This document shows positions 50,413-60,199 of a stretch of DNA of 64,000 nt, one piece after another. Positions within the stretch are counted from its first letter, which is position 1. Each line of letters begins with the position of its first letter. A model generated the notes under the pieces. It was not told the DNA's origin. It ran no database searches and saw nothing but the letters and a program-made list of their open reading frames with translations. The translations under genes and the position numbers were made by a program. Source of the DNA: an uncultured Spirochaetota bacterium (GTDB lineage Bacteria; Spirochaetota; Spirochaetia; SZUA-6; Fen-1364); NCBI GenBank assembly GCA_963734545.1, contig CAVTHO010000008.1:640001-704000 (forward strand), written 5' to 3'.

Positions 50413-51417
50413 CTACAAAACCCAGCGGATATTCAGGGAGGCATCGAGAGCATCGAAAGACACGCCCGCGCCGTTCTTGCTCGTCTGGGACACCAGACCC
50501 GGTGTCTGTCCGACACCGGTCACGACAATATACGTGTCCCCGATGAGCCCCGCGATATGGCGATAGGAGACATCCAGTGAGAGCCCGACCTTCGCGCCCA
50601 CCTGCCATTCCAGTGACACTTTCGGCTCCAGGAGATAGCCTCCCCACATGTTCTCATAGAAGTCTGTTTCTGCCAGCAGGTGGTTATCCACGTCGTTGCA
50701 GAACACCATGGGAGAGGCTGCAAAGGAAACGAAGATCTTGAAGTCTTTGCCCGCATTGAACCTCGCTGCGACGCCTGCCGCGGGAATGAACCAGGTCTGC
50801 TCATAAATGATTCCCGTGCCCGAAATAGGCACCTTCGGTCGGGTCGATGCGGGAGGGTACGGTTGCGGCGCCGGTCCGGGGAACCAGCCCGGCGGATACT
50901 GGAAATAGCCGTCGCGCGCGGTCCACTTGAAATCCATGAAATTGAAGGCGAGGAAAGGCTCCAGGCTCATCCAGCTCGAAACTGGAAAATCCCAGCCGGC
51001 CTTTGCGTCCAGCAGAATTGCCCGTTCCGTGAAACAATCATGCTCCGAGTAGTTCGTCTTCACCGGGTCGCCGTTGAGGTCATAGTTCAGCCAGTCCGAG
51101 TCTCCGATCGAGCCGGATTTCGCCGGGACTCCCAACCGTGCCTCCAGGGAGGTGACGAATCCGGTCGACGTGCTCAAGGCGAGCGCGGCCTTGGTGTAGA
51201 AAAGCGGCTTGATGTCCCAATCGAGCTGGCTGAGGATGTACGTTTTGCCGTTGAAGGCGCTGGTGTTATACACGATCTCCCTTGCCAGGCCGTACATGAC
51301 GCCGGTGCCCGCAGAGGCGGTAAGCGTGAAGTCGTCGGCAAATCCGGGAGCCGCGGCCAGCGCGGCAAGAGTCAGGAGAGCAGGGAAGAAACCCGTCCGG
51401 TGGTGACGCGCGCGCAT
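50413..51417 (-). CDS. Omptin-family outer-membrane protease
   Basis: Signal peptide; SQLDWD, GDSDW (Asp pair), YSEH and DVDNH (Asp-His). Confidence 0.85.
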   Translation of the reverse strand: MRARHHRTGFFPALLTLAALAAAPGFADDFTLTASAGTGVMYGLAREIVYNTSAFNGKTYILSQLDWDIKPLFYTKAALALSTSTGFVTSLEARLGVPAKSGSIGDSDWLNYDLNGDPVKTNYSEHDCFTERAILLDAKAGWDFPVSSWMSLEPFLAFNFMDFKWTARDGYFQYPPGWFPGPAPQPYPPASTRPKVPISGTGIIYEQTWFIPAAGVAARFNAGKDFKIFVSFAASPMVFCNDVDNHLLAETDFYENMWGGYLLEPKVSLEWQVGAKVGLSLDVSYRHIAGLIGDTYIVVTGVGQTPGLVSQTSKNGAGVSFDALDASLNIRWVL

Positions 51418-51561
51418 GAATGCCCCTTCCAGATAGCTTAGTCAATTCCAGGCCCGGCATCAATCTCGACCGGCCGCCCGGGCTGCCAGGCCTCACCGCC
51501 GCGCAAATTGACGCCGAACCGGATGTGCTCTACCCTGGATGAGCGGGCAAGGAGACATCAA

Positions 51562-52479
51562 TTGAGAAATCTGATCACCACACTCGGCAGACTCAGCGAG
51601 GACGCCGCGGGCGCTATCCTCCCCCACGAGCACGTCTTCGTGGACCTGCGGACGCCGGATCACCCCGAGCATGGCCGCGCAGAGACCGCGGAGGTCGTGC
51701 GGATCATGACACCCGAGCTGCGCAGGGCGCGTGCCTCCGGCATCGGGGTGATCGTGGAGGCGAGCACCGTGGGCGTGGGGAGGCGCGCGGACATCCTTCG
51801 GGCCGTGTCTGAAGAGGCGGGGCTCGCGCTCGTGGTGCCGACTGGTGTCTATCGCGAGCCATGGATCCCCGGATGGGTGCACCAGGCGAGCGAGGAGGAG
51901 CTCTTCCGGTGGATGCGCGGAGAGCTCGAGGGAGAAATCGAGGCGAGTGGGGTCAGCGCGGGCTGGATCAAGCTGAGCGCGGGTGACGATGGGCTCACGG
52001 ACTGTGAAACCAAGGTCCTGCGCGCGGCCGGCAGGGCGGCAAAGGAGACCGGGGCGGTCATCGGAAGTCACACCATTCGGGGCCGCGTGGTGAGAGACCA
52101 GCTGCGTATTCTCCAGGGCCTCGGCCTGGCGCCGGACAGGTTCATCTGGATCCACACGCAGGCGGAAAACGACTTCGCCTTTCATCTCGAGGCCGCACGG
52201 CAGGGCGCCTGGCTCGAATACGACGGGATCGGAAGCCCGGAATCCGATGCGTCATACGCGGGCAGCATCCTGAAGGCGCTGGAGGCGGGACTCGCGAAGC
52301 AGATCCTGCTCAGCCAGGACAGGGGACAGTATGATCCGGCCAGGCCGCGGGGGGGCGAGCAGAAGCCCTATACGTACCTGACCGACGAGTTCCTGCCGAA
52401 GCTGCGAGCCGCGGGTGTGGATGAAGGGACGATCCGCCAGCTCACACGCTCCAATCCGTTCGCCGCATTTTCGCGCTGA
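51562..52479 (+). CDS. Phosphotriesterase-family amidohydrolase (PTE/PHP-like)
   Basis: PHEHVFVD, WIKL, GSHT, WIHT and LSQD metal ligands; TTG start after AGGAG. Confidence 0.9.
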   Translation: MRNLITTLGRLSEDAAGAILPHEHVFVDLRTPDHPEHGRAETAEVVRIMTPELRRARASGIGVIVEASTVGVGRRADILRAVSEEAGLALVVPTGVYREPWIPGWVHQASEEELFRWMRGELEGEIEASGVSAGWIKLSAGDDGLTDCETKVLRAAGRAAKETGAVIGSHTIRGRVVRDQLRILQGLGLAPDRFIWIHTQAENDFAFHLEAARQGAWLEYDGIGSPESDASYAGSILKALEAGLAKQILLSQDRGQYDPARPRGGEQKPYTYLTDEFLPKLRAAGVDEGTIRQLTRSNPFAAFSR

Positions 52480-52552
52480 GTGCTCCCTGACCGTTCGGCG
52501 AGTACCCGCTGCCCGGGTCCCTGTGTAACTTGAATGCGGAAAGGGGATCGAT

Positions 52553-53440
52553 ATGGCGAATGCATTGAAGGAGCTGTCAACCTCCCTGCGGGAGGCGGTT
52601 CGGCGGGCAGGAGCGTACACCGTCGGCCTGGAGCGCGAACCTTATGCGGTGAGCGGCGTGCTGATCGGGGGGGACAGGGTGCTGAGCGCGAGCCACCTCG
52701 TCCCTGACGAGGGAATCGAGGTCATCATGCCGGATGGAAAGAAGCTCGAGGCAAAAGTGGGCGGCCGGGACCCGATACATGACCTGGTCCTGCTGCGCCT
52801 GGCCGCGGGCGGCAAGTGGCCGGTGCCGGCCGCCGCCGCGGTGGAGCTGGGCGATCTGGTGGTGACGCTGAAGCGCGACACCTTCGACGGGATCAACGCC
52901 GCGCTCGCCATGGTGAGCGCGGTGGGCGCCAGGCTGCGTCTCGGCCGGGCGGGCGTGCTGGAGCGCTACCTGCAGACCGACGCTGACCGGCTCACCGGGA
53001 GCACCGGGGGGCCGCTGGCGGACGCGGAAGGAGCCTTTGCCGGCATCCAGGTTTTCAATCGCCGCATGGGCGCGGAGGTTGCCGTTCCCGCCGACCTGGC
53101 GCTGGCGCGCGCACGCCTGCTGGAAGAGAAGGGAAGCGTGGCCCGGCCCTACCTCGGCGTGAGGAGCCAGTCCGTCAAGCTCTCGAAGGCCGCTCGTGAC
53201 GCCGTGAAAGGCAGGCAGGAGGCAGGGCTCCTCCTCGTGTGGGTGGAGGCGGGCAGCGCCGCCGAGCGCGCGGGTCTCGAAGTCGGGGACATCCTGGCGG
53301 GCTTTGCCGGCGCGCCGGTCACCGACCACGAGCAGCTTGTGTCCCTGATGGCGGAGCGCGGCGCCGGCGCGGCGGTGGAGGTGGAGGTGATTCGCGGCGG
53401 CTCGCCGCGCACCCTGTCCGTCTCCCTCGGCAGCGCATGA
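52553..53440 (+). CDS. Cytoplasmic HtrA-like S1C protease homolog with a PDZ domain; Thr at the nucleophile position
   Basis: SASHLV, HDLVLL and LQTDADRLTGSTGGPL; PDZ YLGV...SAAERAGLEVGD. Confidence 0.85.
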   Translation: MANALKELSTSLREAVRRAGAYTVGLEREPYAVSGVLIGGDRVLSASHLVPDEGIEVIMPDGKKLEAKVGGRDPIHDLVLLRLAAGGKWPVPAAAAVELGDLVVTLKRDTFDGINAALAMVSAVGARLRLGRAGVLERYLQTDADRLTGSTGGPLADAEGAFAGIQVFNRRMGAEVAVPADLALARARLLEEKGSVARPYLGVRSQSVKLSKAARDAVKGRQEAGLLLVWVEAGSAAERAGLEVGDILAGFAGAPVTDHEQLVSLMAERGAGAAVEVEVIRGGSPRTLSVSLGSA

Positions 53441-53817
53441 ACCGGCCGCGCCCCCGCGCGCGCGTCGTGGTGCGGGCGCGTGATCCCCTGCTGCGGTCCC
53501 TGATCGCCGAGCGCCTCTCGGGGCTGGATGAGATTGCCGTGCAGGAGGACGCCGTCCGCCCCGCCGGGGCGGACGGCGGAATGGAAGCGGACGCGGTGGT
53601 CGAGGTGATGAGCGCCCCGCCGGACCTCACCCCGCGGGAGATGGAGGTGCTCGGTCTCCTGGCCGACGGGCTGGCCAACAAGGAGATCGGGGCGCGGCTC
53701 GGTATCAGCGCGCATACCGCCAAGTTTCACGTGGAATCCCTGCTGCGGAAACTGGACGCGGCCAACAGGGCGGAGGCAGTGCGGGAGGGAATCCGCCGCG
53801 GATTGATCGGCGTGTGA
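53437..53817 (+). CDS. LuxR-type HTH regulator with a minimal N-terminus
   Basis: LTPREMEVLGLLADGLANKEIGARLGISAHTAKFHV; ATGA overlap. Confidence 0.9.
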   Translation: MNRPRPRARVVVRARDPLLRSLIAERLSGLDEIAVQEDAVRPAGADGGMEADAVVEVMSAPPDLTPREMEVLGLLADGLANKEIGARLGISAHTAKFHVESLLRKLDAANRAEAVREGIRRGLIGV

Positions 53818-53886
53818 CGAGCTTCTCTTCACGGGCTCTTGTTTTCTCGCATGCGGACCCATATCTTTGAAAACCAAGAGCAGAAC

Positions 53887-55671
53887 ATGAAAGAGAAAGA
53901 GGCAAAAGGCGGAAGCCGCGGCATAAGAAGCCTGTCGTCGCTCCTCCCCTACATGGGAAAGCACTGGGTTGCCCTGGCCGTGGGCTTCGCTTTCATGCTC
54001 ATTCAGAACTACGGCGCCGTGCGCGTGCCCGCATATTTCCAGAAGATCCTCGACGAGCTCACCGGCGCCAACCGGGGGGCGGTCATCGGAAGCCTGATCC
54101 TCACTGCCTGCCTGTATGCCGCCCTCACCGTGGTCTCGATGTACCTCATGCGGAGGCTCATCATCGGCGTCTCCCGCCAGATCGAGTATCGGCTGCGGGA
54201 GCGCATCTATGACCGGCTGCTGCAGCTCGACTATACATTCTTCCAGGCGCACGAAACGGGGGACCTGGTCTCCCGCACGACCAATGACCTGGACAATGTG
54301 CGGACCCTTCTCGGACCGGGGATCATGTACATCCCCAACTCCCTCAGCATGTTCGTGCTTTTTTTCCCCGTGCTGTTCCGGCTGAACGGTCTGCTCATGG
54401 TCCTCGTGTCCTCGGTCTTTGTCGCGGTGATCGCGCTCGTCTTCATCGTGCTCCCCCGCCTGCAGCCGTATTTCCTCAGGATCCAGGAGTCCACCGGCCG
54501 GATAAACAGCCGCGTGTGGCAGGTGGTGTCGGGAATCACGACGGTGAAGCTGCACACCATGGAGCCGGGCGAGGAGGAGCGGTTCGTCACGCTGAACAGG
54601 GAGTTTCTCCGGCGCAACATGGCCACGGTGAAAATCCAGGAGTTTCTCTGGCCGACCTTCATATTCGTCTTCTCCCTCACGCAGCTCGTCATCATATTCG
54701 TCGGGGGCCGGCAGGTGATATCCGGTGCAATGAGCCTGGGACAGCTCCTCCAGTTCAACGTGATGATCACCACCCTCACCTTCCCCGTGCTCTCGCTGGG
54801 CTGGATCATGTCGATGATCCAGCAGGGCATCAGCGCCATGGGCAGGATCAACACGATCCTCCAGGGACCTGTCGAGCAGCGCGCGGACTGGCAGAGGCTG
54901 CACGGCCCCACCGTGGCATTCGAGGTGAAGGATCTCAGCTTCTCCTACGCGGGGCACGAGAAGCCCTGCCTCAGGAACGTGAGCCTTTCGATATCGCCGG
55001 GAGATTTCATCGGCATCACGGGCACCATCGGGAGCGGAAAGTCCACGCTCGTGAACGTCTTGACCGGACTCCTGAAGCCGGATCGGGGCACCGTGTTCGT
55101 CAATGGCACGGACATCCGCGACATCGAGCCTGCCGCGCTGCTGCAGAACTTCGGCATCGTATCCCAGTCCCCGTTTCTCTTCTCCCGCACCCTGGCGGAG
55201 AACATCGCGATGGGAAAGGACGGCGCGCCGGACCATCCGCAGGTGAAGGAAGCAGCAGAGCTCGCGGGCCTGGCCGGAGACGTGGCGTCCTTCCCGGAGG
55301 GCTACGGCCAGATGGTCGGCGAGCGCGGAATCACCCTTTCGGGCGGACAGAAACAGCGGACCGCGATTGCGCGCGCGCTCATGAAAGACAGCCCCATCGT
55401 CATCCTCGACGACTCCCTTTCCAGCGTGGACGCGCGCACCGAGTCCACCATCATAGACAACCTGCGGCGTCTCAAGGGTGAGAAGACGCTGATCGTTGTT
55501 TCCCACAGGATCTCTCCATTGAAAGGTGCGGACCGTATCTACGTGATGGAAGACGGAAGAATCGTCGAGCAGGGATCCCACGCGGACCTCGTCACCCGGG
55601 GGGGATTGTACGAGCGGCTCGTGCGCTACCAGCAGATGGAAAAGAGCATCGCGGCCCCGGAGGCGGTGTAG
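53887..55671 (+). CDS. Heterodimeric ABC exporter subunit A (MdlA/YheI-like)
   Basis: Six-TM domain with TGDLVSRTTNDL; GTIGSGKST, LSGGQKQR and degenerate Walker B ILDDSLS. Confidence 0.93.
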   Translation: MKEKEAKGGSRGIRSLSSLLPYMGKHWVALAVGFAFMLIQNYGAVRVPAYFQKILDELTGANRGAVIGSLILTACLYAALTVVSMYLMRRLIIGVSRQIEYRLRERIYDRLLQLDYTFFQAHETGDLVSRTTNDLDNVRTLLGPGIMYIPNSLSMFVLFFPVLFRLNGLLMVLVSSVFVAVIALVFIVLPRLQPYFLRIQESTGRINSRVWQVVSGITTVKLHTMEPGEEERFVTLNREFLRRNMATVKIQEFLWPTFIFVFSLTQLVIIFVGGRQVISGAMSLGQLLQFNVMITTLTFPVLSLGWIMSMIQQGISAMGRINTILQGPVEQRADWQRLHGPTVAFEVKDLSFSYAGHEKPCLRNVSLSISPGDFIGITGTIGSGKSTLVNVLTGLLKPDRGTVFVNGTDIRDIEPAALLQNFGIVSQSPFLFSRTLAENIAMGKDGAPDHPQVKEAAELAGLAGDVASFPEGYGQMVGERGITLSGGQKQRTAIARALMKDSPIVILDDSLSSVDARTESTIIDNLRRLKGEKTLIVVSHRISPLKGADRIYVMEDGRIVEQGSHADLVTRGGLYERLVRYQQMEKSIAAPEAV

Positions 55672-55674
55672 GAG

Positions 55675-57441
55675 ATGGCCGACGTGAAGGAAACAACAAA
55701 GCTGCGGGAGCCGAAGCTGCTGCGCAGGCTCCTGCCCTATGTCCGCCGCTACACGTGGCTGGGGGTCGGTTCGCTTCTCTGCCTCGTGATCGTCGACATC
55801 GCGAGCGTCCTGCAGCCCTACCTCGTGAAACATGCAATCGACGCCAACATCGTGCAAAGGGACCTGCAGGGTCTTGCGCGCACCGGCGTGCTTCTCGCCG
55901 TTGTGCTGCTGGCCGCGTACGCTTTCCAGGTCCTTTCGGCATACGGCATCCAGTATCTCGGCCAGAGGCTCCTCCTGGATCTCAGGATGGACCTGTTCCG
56001 CAAGGTGCTCGGGCTGTCAAACGACTATTTCGACAGGACCCCCGTGGGCAACACGCTCACCAACCTTTCCAACGATCTCGAGGCATTGCGCGAGTTCATC
56101 TCGGAGGGGATCGTGAGCGTGGCGGGAGACCTGCTGAAGGTGAGTCTCATCCTCGTTGCCATGCTCCTGATCAATTTCACGCTGGCGCTCGTGGCCTTCA
56201 TTACGATCCCGCTGTTCGTCACGGCCGCGCTGCTTTTCCGCGCGGGCATCCGCGCGGGCTTCCGCCAGGTGAGAAAGGCGAACGGGGAGATCAACGTGGC
56301 GTTGAGCGAGACGATCTCGGGTATCCGGGAGATCCACCAGTTCGGCTATGAAAAGGAGAGCCGTGACGCGTTCGCCCGCAACAACACGAGCTACCTCCGC
56401 GCGTATCTGAAGGTCGTCAACGCCTATGCACTGTTCTTTCCCGCCATCGAGATCGTGACAAACGCGAGCATGATCCTGACGATCTTCTTCGCCCACTTCT
56501 GGGTCGGGACCACGCTGCACATCGGCGAGATCTTCGCCTTCTTTGCGTACATCAACATGTTCTTCTGGCCCCTGCGGCAGCTCGCGGAGAAGTTCAACCT
56601 TCTGCAGTCCGCCGTGGCGGCCACGGAGCGGATCTTCAAGCTCATGGACGAAAAGGTGAGCATCGTCTCTCCTCCGGCGCGCAGCGGCGGCGCCCTGGCC
56701 TCCCCCGCCGAGCTGGTCTTCGAGGACGTCAGATTCAGCTATGCGCCGGATGCTCCCGTGCTGCGCGGCATCTCGTTCCGCGTGGCCCCCGGTGAAAAGG
56801 TGGCGATCGTCGGGCCCACGGGCGCCGGAAAGACGACTCTCATCAGCCTCGTGACGAGATTGTACGATGTGCAGGAAGGACGCATCCTGCTGGACGGCGT
56901 GAACATCCGGGAGATCCCGCTGCGGGAGCTTCGCCGCGCGGTGGGCACGGTACCGCAGGACGTTTTCCTCTTCACGGGCACCGTGGCGGAGAACATCTCG
57001 CTGTATCAGCCGACCGTCGACTGGCGCGCGGTGGAGCACGCCGCCCAGGAAGTGCGCGCCAACCATTTCATCGCAAAGCTTCCCCTGGGCTACGGCGAGG
57101 ACGTCGGGGAGGAGGGAAAACGGCTGTCGGAAGGCCAGCGGCAGCTCCTGGGGCTCTCACGTGCCTTTGCGCGGAACCCCTCACTGGTGATTCTCGACGA
57201 GGCGACCTCCAACATCGATTCGGAGACCGAGCACCTCATCGGCGAGGGGATTCACAGGCTGCTCGAGAACCGCACCGCGCTGATCATCGCGCACCGGCTC
57301 TCCACGATCCGCTCCGTGGACCGTATTCTGGTCATGCACGGTGGTGAGCTCGTCCAGGAGGGAAGCCACGACGAGCTTATCTCGCAGGACGGCCTCTACC
57401 GGCAGCTCTACGAGATGCAGTCCCTCATGCTCGCGGGTTGA
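55675..57441 (+). CDS. Heterodimeric ABC exporter subunit B (MdlB/YheH-like)
   Basis: GPTGAGKTT, LSEGQRQL, ILDEATSNID and IAHRL. Confidence 0.93.
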   Translation: MADVKETTKLREPKLLRRLLPYVRRYTWLGVGSLLCLVIVDIASVLQPYLVKHAIDANIVQRDLQGLARTGVLLAVVLLAAYAFQVLSAYGIQYLGQRLLLDLRMDLFRKVLGLSNDYFDRTPVGNTLTNLSNDLEALREFISEGIVSVAGDLLKVSLILVAMLLINFTLALVAFITIPLFVTAALLFRAGIRAGFRQVRKANGEINVALSETISGIREIHQFGYEKESRDAFARNNTSYLRAYLKVVNAYALFFPAIEIVTNASMILTIFFAHFWVGTTLHIGEIFAFFAYINMFFWPLRQLAEKFNLLQSAVAATERIFKLMDEKVSIVSPPARSGGALASPAELVFEDVRFSYAPDAPVLRGISFRVAPGEKVAIVGPTGAGKTTLISLVTRLYDVQEGRILLDGVNIREIPLRELRRAVGTVPQDVFLFTGTVAENISLYQPTVDWRAVEHAAQEVRANHFIAKLPLGYGEDVGEEGKRLSEGQRQLLGLSRAFARNPSLVILDEATSNIDSETEHLIGEGIHRLLENRTALIIAHRLSTIRSVDRILVMHGGELVQEGSHDELISQDGLYRQLYEMQSLMLAG

Positions 57442-57445
57442 TGAT

Positions 57446-57467
57446 GCGAATCCGCGGAATACCGCAG
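57446..57467 (+). repeat. Single hairpin-element copy between convergent stop codons
   Basis: GCGAAT-CCGCGG-AATA-CCGCAG. Confidence 0.7.
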
Positions 57468-57475
57468 TGCGCCGT

Positions 57476-58129
57476 TCAATAGCGCCAGCCGAGGAGCCCC
57501 ATCCCGACGATGTTCATGACAATCGGCACCGCGTAGATGACGCCCACTACGGAGAGCTTTGATCGGAGCGAGCCGAGCCGCAGGACGAGGTTGATGGCAG
57601 CGAAGAACTCGAAATAGCCGAACAGGAATATCAACCAGATACCGCCGATCGAGCGCTTCCAGAAGGGATACTCCCAGACCAGATGGCCGCCGATGTTGAG
57701 GATGCATTCCACGAGCACGCAGAATGCCGAGAACCCGATGGCCCAGAACCATCTGCTCGGCAGGCCCAGGATGCGCTCCGCGGGGTTCTCCGCGCACATG
57801 TAGTAGAAGATTATGCCCGCGAGCGCGAACATGAACATGATTTCGATGTTCCAGCCCACCATCGTCCGAAGGGCGGTGTCTCCCGGCGTGGTCCAGAACG
57901 CCGACCGGCCCGAGATATTGAGCGCCCATCCGTTCCACGTTTCATTGAAGAAATCCATGCCGAAGAGGGTCAGGCCCGCGATCACGGGGTCCCAGTTGCG
58001 GCTCTGCCTGGCCTTCCGCATCTCGATGGCGTAGATATAGAGCACGACCGCCAGGAGCGGTATCACGTACCATTTGAGCATGGAGAAGTCGCGAAGATGA
58101 TCCAGGGCCCTCAGGGATGCTTCCGTCAT
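57476..58129 (-). CDS. Hypothetical multi-pass membrane protein
   Basis: About six hydrophobic segments, Trp-rich; MDFFNETWNG and GWNIEI; AGGAG RBS. Confidence 0.75.
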   Translation of the reverse strand: MTEASLRALDHLRDFSMLKWYVIPLLAVVLYIYAIEMRKARQSRNWDPVIAGLTLFGMDFFNETWNGWALNISGRSAFWTTPGDTALRTMVGWNIEIMFMFALAGIIFYYMCAENPAERILGLPSRWFWAIGFSAFCVLVECILNIGGHLVWEYPFWKRSIGGIWLIFLFGYFEFFAAINLVLRLGSLRSKLSVVGVIYAVPIVMNIVGMGLLGWRY

Positions 58130-58142
58130 GGCTCCCGCTCCT

Positions 58143-60038
58143 TCAGCTGGTCTTCAGGATGACCAGCGTCTGATCGTCGTGCTGCTTTGCGAAGCCGGTA
58201 AAATCGTTCAAATCTTTCTGGATGAGGTTTTTCAGCTCTTCCGCCTTCTTCGAATAGTTCCCGCTCACAACGGACGCGAGACGCGTCTGGCCGTATTGTT
58301 CCCCCTCCTGGTTCAGCGCCTCGGTGATGCCGTCCGTGTACAGCACGGCGATGTCGCCGGGATTGAGGGAGACATTCTTCATGTGGTACGCGGAGGCGCG
58401 GTCGATTCCGATGGGAAGCCCTTCCATGTCCACCTGCTCGATGGTCTCGGATTCCACGCGGAACACCAGGAGCGGGAGGTGGCCCGCGTTTGTGTACTGG
58501 AGGGAACGTGTCGCCTCGTCGAAGCTCACGATACAGAGAGTGGCAAAGCGATCCACGTCCACCTGCCCGACGAGACCCCGGTTGATCCAGGTGAGCGTGG
58601 TGGCGATATCCCTCTTCGGGGAGGCCACCAGGTGAAAGATCGAATGAATCATGGCCATCACGAGGGCAGCGGGAAAACCTTTGCCCGCGACATCTCCCAC
58701 GACGACGACGAGCTTCTCCGGGTCCAGGCGATACAAGTCGTAATAGTCGCCGCTCACGCCGCGGACGGGAAGACTGTGCACGGCGAGCTCCGTCTTTTTC
58801 ATCCGGGGCATCGCTGCGGGAAGGAGCTTCTTCTGGATCTCCGCGGCAATGCCCAGCTCCCGCTCGATCTGCTTCTTCTCCAGTACTTCGAGGTACGTGA
58901 GGTGCATGTCGATGGACAGGGAGGCGTAGTCCGCGAAAGCCTTGAGATGCTCGAAGTCCTCATCCGAGAAGTACTGTCCCGGGGCCTGCTTGGAAACGGT
59001 GATCACCCCGAGGCTCCTCTTGGCCACGAGCAGAGGCACCACGATGAGCGAGCTGACCGGCGTCTGGCCGTCCTTCCTGCTTTCCGCGAACCTCTGCACG
59101 AGGACCGGGTCCGCTTTCTGAAACGACTCCCCGAGAACCGTCTTGCCCGGCTCGAGGCTCAGTGAATACAGATAGTCCTCGAGACGGCTCGACCTGATCT
59201 TCACCATGTCCGGCACATCGAAGGGCGGCTCGTAGGTCCCTGCTATGGCGCGATACTTCAGCGCCTTCTGCCGCTCGTCCAGCATGAGGATGGCCCCGCC
59301 GTCCGCGTTCGTATTCTCGATGGCCGACCCCGCCACGATGGCGAGTATCTTCTCGATTTCGATCTTCTCACTGACCGCCGAGGAGAGCTTCTGCATGAAG
59401 TCGAAGACCTTTTCCCTGCTGCCGAGGAGAGATGAAATGGAGAGCTCCTTGACCGCAATTCCGTTCAAGGCAACGCGGAAAAAGACGATGAGGTGCGCCA
59501 TGTAGGCCAGGGGATAGACGACGGCCTGCGTGATCCAGGAATGGTACCCCCAGATCAGCATGGGGATATTGGCGAGAACGAAGAGATAGGTGATTCCCCT
59601 GCGCATCTGGATCACCTCCCCGGGGCTGGAGGTATTGAACGGGGTCACCTGGAACATCTGCACGCCCAGGTAGAGCACCAGCAGGTAGATCCAGCTGCTG
59701 CGGAAGAAGATGAACGAAGGCAGTATGCCCAGCAGGGCACGCTCCACGGGGCCGAGCACGATGATTGCGCCGAGGATGAGCGCCACCCAGTCCAGCTTCT
59801 TTCTTCCCGTGATCTTTCTCAGCCAGAACAGGTAGCAGAGGACCGCGCCGACATCGCCCATGGTGCAGATGAAATCCAGGGGAACGAGGATGTAGGCGAT
59901 ATCGCGCAGGGTGAAGACGAAGAAGAGCGTGAGAAAAGGGGTGAATGCCGCTCGCGACCCGCGGAGGAAAAAGAGCAGGCACAACAGGATGGCTGCCAGA
60001 AGAAAGAACTTCGGCAGGTAGAATGCCCACTGGATCAT
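58143..60038 (-). CDS. Membrane-bound GAF + SpoIIE (PP2C, RsbU-like) phosphatase
   Basis: Six to seven TMs; GAF domain; VSGDYYD, GDVAGKG, NAGH, YTDGITEA and DDQT. Confidence 0.93.
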   Translation of the reverse strand: MIQWAFYLPKFFLLAAILLCLLFFLRGSRAAFTPFLTLFFVFTLRDIAYILVPLDFICTMGDVGAVLCYLFWLRKITGRKKLDWVALILGAIIVLGPVERALLGILPSFIFFRSSWIYLLVLYLGVQMFQVTPFNTSSPGEVIQMRRGITYLFVLANIPMLIWGYHSWITQAVVYPLAYMAHLIVFFRVALNGIAVKELSISSLLGSREKVFDFMQKLSSAVSEKIEIEKILAIVAGSAIENTNADGGAILMLDERQKALKYRAIAGTYEPPFDVPDMVKIRSSRLEDYLYSLSLEPGKTVLGESFQKADPVLVQRFAESRKDGQTPVSSLIVVPLLVAKRSLGVITVSKQAPGQYFSDEDFEHLKAFADYASLSIDMHLTYLEVLEKKQIERELGIAAEIQKKLLPAAMPRMKKTELAVHSLPVRGVSGDYYDLYRLDPEKLVVVVGDVAGKGFPAALVMAMIHSIFHLVASPKRDIATTLTWINRGLVGQVDVDRFATLCIVSFDEATRSLQYTNAGHLPLLVFRVESETIEQVDMEGLPIGIDRASAYHMKNVSLNPGDIAVLYTDGITEALNQEGEQYGQTRLASVVSGNYSKKAEELKNLIQKDLNDFTGFAKQHDDQTLVILKTS

Positions 60039-60199
60039 GAGACAGCCCGCTGCTTCACCGCATCCACTTTCTTGCGACCGTTATGGGGGATCGGTGTGCA
60101 TCTGTCAAGTGCAGGCGAAAATGGTGCCGGCGAAAATGGCCGAACTGGCTCCTCCGGAGCTATCTTATCCCCATCTCGATAGAGTAAGGAGGCTACAAG

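Noticed and set aside
53149-55857. 902-aa antisense ORF and similar long shadow ORFs (29773-31359, 44171-45910, 3548-5080)
   Set aside because: They lie opposite well-supported genes in high-GC DNA where stop codons are rare, and show no recognisable motifs.
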